The notes under the pieces: generated by a model
Databases searched by the model: none
The model's input: only the letters and a program-made list of their open reading frames with translations
What the model was told of the DNA's origin: nothing
Assembly (NCBI RefSeq): GCF_001194135.2
Contig: NC_068998.1
Span: 40,999,193 to 41,038,932, forward strand
DNA length: 39,740 nt
Reading direction: 5' to 3'
Source of the DNA: Octopus bimaculoides
Taxonomy: Eukaryota
In this document: positions 36,360 to 39,740 of the stretch, in pieces
Layout of the letters: every line of letters begins with the position of its first letter
Numbering within the stretch: position 1 is the stretch's first letter
Program-made: the position numbers and the translations under genes

Positions 36360-36621
36360 ATATTTCAACAAAAATAGCGTTCGTTATTGTAAATAAACTC
36401 TTCGATTTCACTATCTTTCTAATCTCCACTTCGACCAACTTAACCTCGATTAATTAGTGATTCTTCAAAATGTTTATTTATTAATTCAAATTAGATGTTT
36501 CCACATTTTTATCGATTATTTAGTTTAATTTTATTAATTAAGAATTTTAGCAATCGGAGGTAGTGGCGGTGGTGGTGTTGGTGGTGGAAGGTTTGCGACC
36601 TTTTGTCATTATTGTTGATAC

Positions 36622-36680
36622 GTTGAGCTCTTCTTCCAGCTTTACGATGTGTTCCATGACTTTACGGTCTTTATGAATTA
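36622..36680 (-). CDS. Candidate isolated coding exon (xIHKDRKVMEHIVKLEEELN), product unknown
   Basis: Acceptor ccaattttccctgtAG, open frame, weak donor aac|GTatca. It could instead run on to a stop near 36548. Confidence 0.3.
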
Positions 36681-37557
36681 CTACAGGGAAAATTGGTTTA
36701 ATTAGCGAACAAACCACAATTTGTTTTAAAATCTCTACTATGGTAGCTTTAAATTCTTATTCTTTGACTTGAATAATTTACTTTTATAATTTTTATGATT
36801 TACTTTTATAAATTTCAAATTTATTTCTTTAATTAAAACACCCACGTTACTGTCTCCTGAAAGGTACTTCTTTCTAGTGGAGTGCCATCAAATATAATTG
36901 TAAAAGTGATGTGCTGTGGTCGAGTTTGAATAAAGTTGGAAATTACGAGAAGTATAAATGGTTGATTTGAGATCTTTTCCTTGATTCGACTGTTCCATTT
37001 AGTGTCTCCTCGGATGCTTGACCTCGACTCATGTTACCTGTTGTTAGGGGTCACTCCTACAAAGCACCCCTTAACGAAGTTTATTTGTGTATCTAAAATT
37101 TTATTTTAGTGTTATTGTATGACAGAGATCAGTTTGTAACATTATGCAACAGGGTACGTAGCTCGGAGGTCAAGAAATCTCTCCATAACGAGTCGCTACT
37201 TCTCAGCATTGAGAGGTCTCACTTCCGGTTCTACTGAAATGTGATTAGCATGTCGCAGGAATGAATCGCAAGACGGATTCTTTAAGCCGAGCCGACCGCC
37301 AGAAGTCCTAAAGGTAGATTAAGAACGAGATAGTTGGATAAAAACATAATTCCAATTGGTTACTTTGGGAAATCCAACGGTATTTCTAATGATAGTTGCT
37401 TCTGGCAAGACCCTAAGAAAGAGGTGACTGAGGGCTCTATCCTGTAAGCCAAGACCCAGCCCCAGGAATAATAGGCGGAGAAGATGAATGAAGGATGTTA
37501 CCATAAAAAAACCTGGTTAAATTCAGTGAGATCTCGTTGCTTTTTATTCAATGGCAA

Positions 37558-37700
37558 AGACGCATAGTCTAGTTGTTGGGGTGTTCGGTCTACGATCATA
37601 AGGTTGTGGGTTCATTTCCTGGACGGGGCACCACATTGTATTCTTGAATAAGGTACTTCATTTCACGTTGCGCCAGTCTTCTTAGCTGTATATAAGTCTA
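37558..37700 (+). mobile_element. Degenerate tRNA-derived SINE head (family D or B-related)
   Basis: gcatagtctagttgttgggg...gggttcatttcctgg...attcttgaataaggtacttcatttcacgttgc. Confidence 0.55.
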
Positions 37701-38199
37701 GTGCTGTGCATTTCTCTCTCCTTCCATTACATCTTGGGTCAAAGGTGAGGAACCGAGAGAGTGTATATGTCTGCTTGCAACTACATAGGTGCTTAAAACA
37801 ATTAGAAAAAAAACCCATAATTTATATTACCAAGTCATACTCACTCGCAAAGGACAGATGACAAATTTTTTTATTAAAAACACTTACTCAAATATTTGAT
37901 GCACATAATAAATTCCTGTAAATTTTGCTGTCTTTTTCCAAGTTAATTAAATTTGCTAATGATTTTAATTTAGTCTGGTGATCATGTTGGTTGATGGTTA
38001 CCAAAAGTTTATTTTAACTTTATTAATCCTACAGATAGGTTAGTGAAACTTCTAAGTCAGTTGTGTGGTTTATATTGATTATCTGAATGATGATCATCAA
38101 CCATATGAATGGTCATATTTGCGTTACCAATTTGTTTTGAAAAGCTTTGATATTTTCTGCTGAGTAGGATGATTTCTGTCTCATGGCTCCTCCATATTG

Positions 38200-38366
38200 C
38201 CGTAATTTAGGGAAAGGATTAAATCGATTACATCAACCACAGCGATCAACTCGCACTAATTTAATCGACTATGAAAAGCAAAGTCGACCCCCGGCAGCAT
38301 TTGAACTGAGAACGTAACAACGGACTAAATGACGCTAGGCATTGTACCCAGCGTGCTAACGATTCT
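38200..38366 (-). mobile_element. SINE family A
   Basis: Plus strand aaagtcgacc...atttgaactgagaacgtaac...gtgctaacgattc. Confidence 0.8.
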
Positions 38367-38485
38367 TATTTCTTTACTGCCCACAAGGGGCTACACACAG
38401 AGGGGACAAACAAGCACAGACAAACGGATTAAGAAGATTATATAGACTCCACTGCGTAACTAGTACTTATTCAATCGACCCCGTT
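38367..38485 (-). mobile_element. SINE family A 3' part, tail type 2
   Basis: tttctttactgcccacaaggggctacacacagaggggacaaacaag...tgcgtaactagtactta. Confidence 0.8.
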
Positions 38486-38660
38486 TGCTTGTTTCAGTCA
38501 TCTGACTGCTGCCATGCTGGAGCACATATATACATATACATCATGTATAAATTATATACATATAATTTATATATAATGTATATTATATACATGCATACAA
38601 ATACACACACACACATACGTATGTAACGATGCATGCAACGAGAGAATGAGAAATACACGC

Positions 38661-38778
<118 letters not shown>

Positions 38779-39473
38779 ACGTCTGTCTGTCTAAAATGAA
38801 ACAAATTGTAAGGGACGTCTAAGAACAATAAAACATGAATAAAATTTGATACACATTCATGTACCCTTACAAAAAGAAAGCCGGAAAAGTGAAGCGGCAG
38901 TACATATAGATCTCTCGTTGATATTAACCCAATCAATGTGCAACAAACGTAGGAGAACGTTGTGAAAAACATGTACAAAATATATACAACGAATCATCCA
39001 CTGCACACAGCGATGTGCACCCTAAACTCTATTACATATGCACATTCAAAAACTTCCAATATGCATATGCATAGAGTGGCCAGAAAATATGATGGATGCT
39101 GATTCGAGACGTCGGATGGAGTGAATGCTATCTATCTCTTACATTTAGCTTTTAAATTCAGCGCTTAAATGTAGATAAACAAAAATAGTTAAACGGTACT
39201 ATTTTGATATTTACATTTATTAAAGAGACAGTGTGAATAAGATTGTTTATGATAGAGTTACATAGTTTTATAAATATAATGCAAACAAAGAGTAGTCTGA
39301 ATTGAAAAATATGATTAAGACAAACCTGTTATAAAAAGCTCAATATGCTAAGACCAGAGTCTTTTGAAATATTTCCTTATCATTGACGAACAGAGGAGGA
39401 AATAGTTGTGCGCCGGTATTCAAGTAGTTTTCAGTATGTATGTATGTATGTATGTATGTATGTATGTATATGT

Positions 39474-39729
39474 TTTGGGTTGGTGCATAATTATTGCGGC
39501 TTTTTTTCATCAAATTTTATTCAACAAAAACAATATCATGTGACAAAAACATCTTTAAATGATTATTCCGGAGCATATTCACCATCTACTTCAATTACTG
39601 CTTGCCATTTGCTTGGCAGACGGTCAGACCGTCATTTAAAGATGTTTTTGTTAAATATTGTTATTGTTTTTGTTTTTGTTGAATAAAATTTGTTGAAAAA
39701 AAGCCGCAATAATTATGCACCAACCCGAA
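39474..39729. mobile_element. Mariner-derived MITE
   Basis: TIRs ttgggttggtgcataattattgcggctttttt and aaaaaaagccgcaataattatgcaccaacccgaa, TA on the right. The minus strand at 39563-39628 retains the transposase C-terminus LPSKWQAVIEVDGEYAPE*. Confidence 0.9.
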
Positions 39730-39740
39730 TATATGTATAT

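Noticed and set aside
37240-37520. GC-richer stretch possibly from an RTE 3' end (RRR*MKDV)
   Set aside because: The similarity rests on a few residues and is not enough to call.

Overview
This is AT-rich eukaryotic DNA, mostly non-coding, with very dense di-, tri- and tetranucleotide microsatellites and 15 assembly gaps, most of them flanked by (TA)n. The repeat families I recall matching point to a coleoid cephalopod, probably Octopus; this is inference, not a database result. No host protein-coding gene can be called with confidence, and nearly all ORFs in the track are microsatellite or N artefacts. Supported content: about 13 copies of one tRNA-derived SINE family with two alternative 3' tails, and two to three other SINE families. 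There is also a retroelement graveyard at about 24.4-31.7 kb (three R4/Dong-type RLE LINE fragments and Tx1/L1-type 3' ends), a LINE-like 3' end with two C2H2 fingers, a mariner-derived MITE, the 3' half of a tRNA-Gly, and a 250-bp unit present three times. The most interesting signal is a set of foldback elements carrying degenerate minimal type-I hammerhead ribozyme motifs with palindromic helix III, the architecture known from Penelope-like elements. A few isolated exon-like segments are listed at low confidence.
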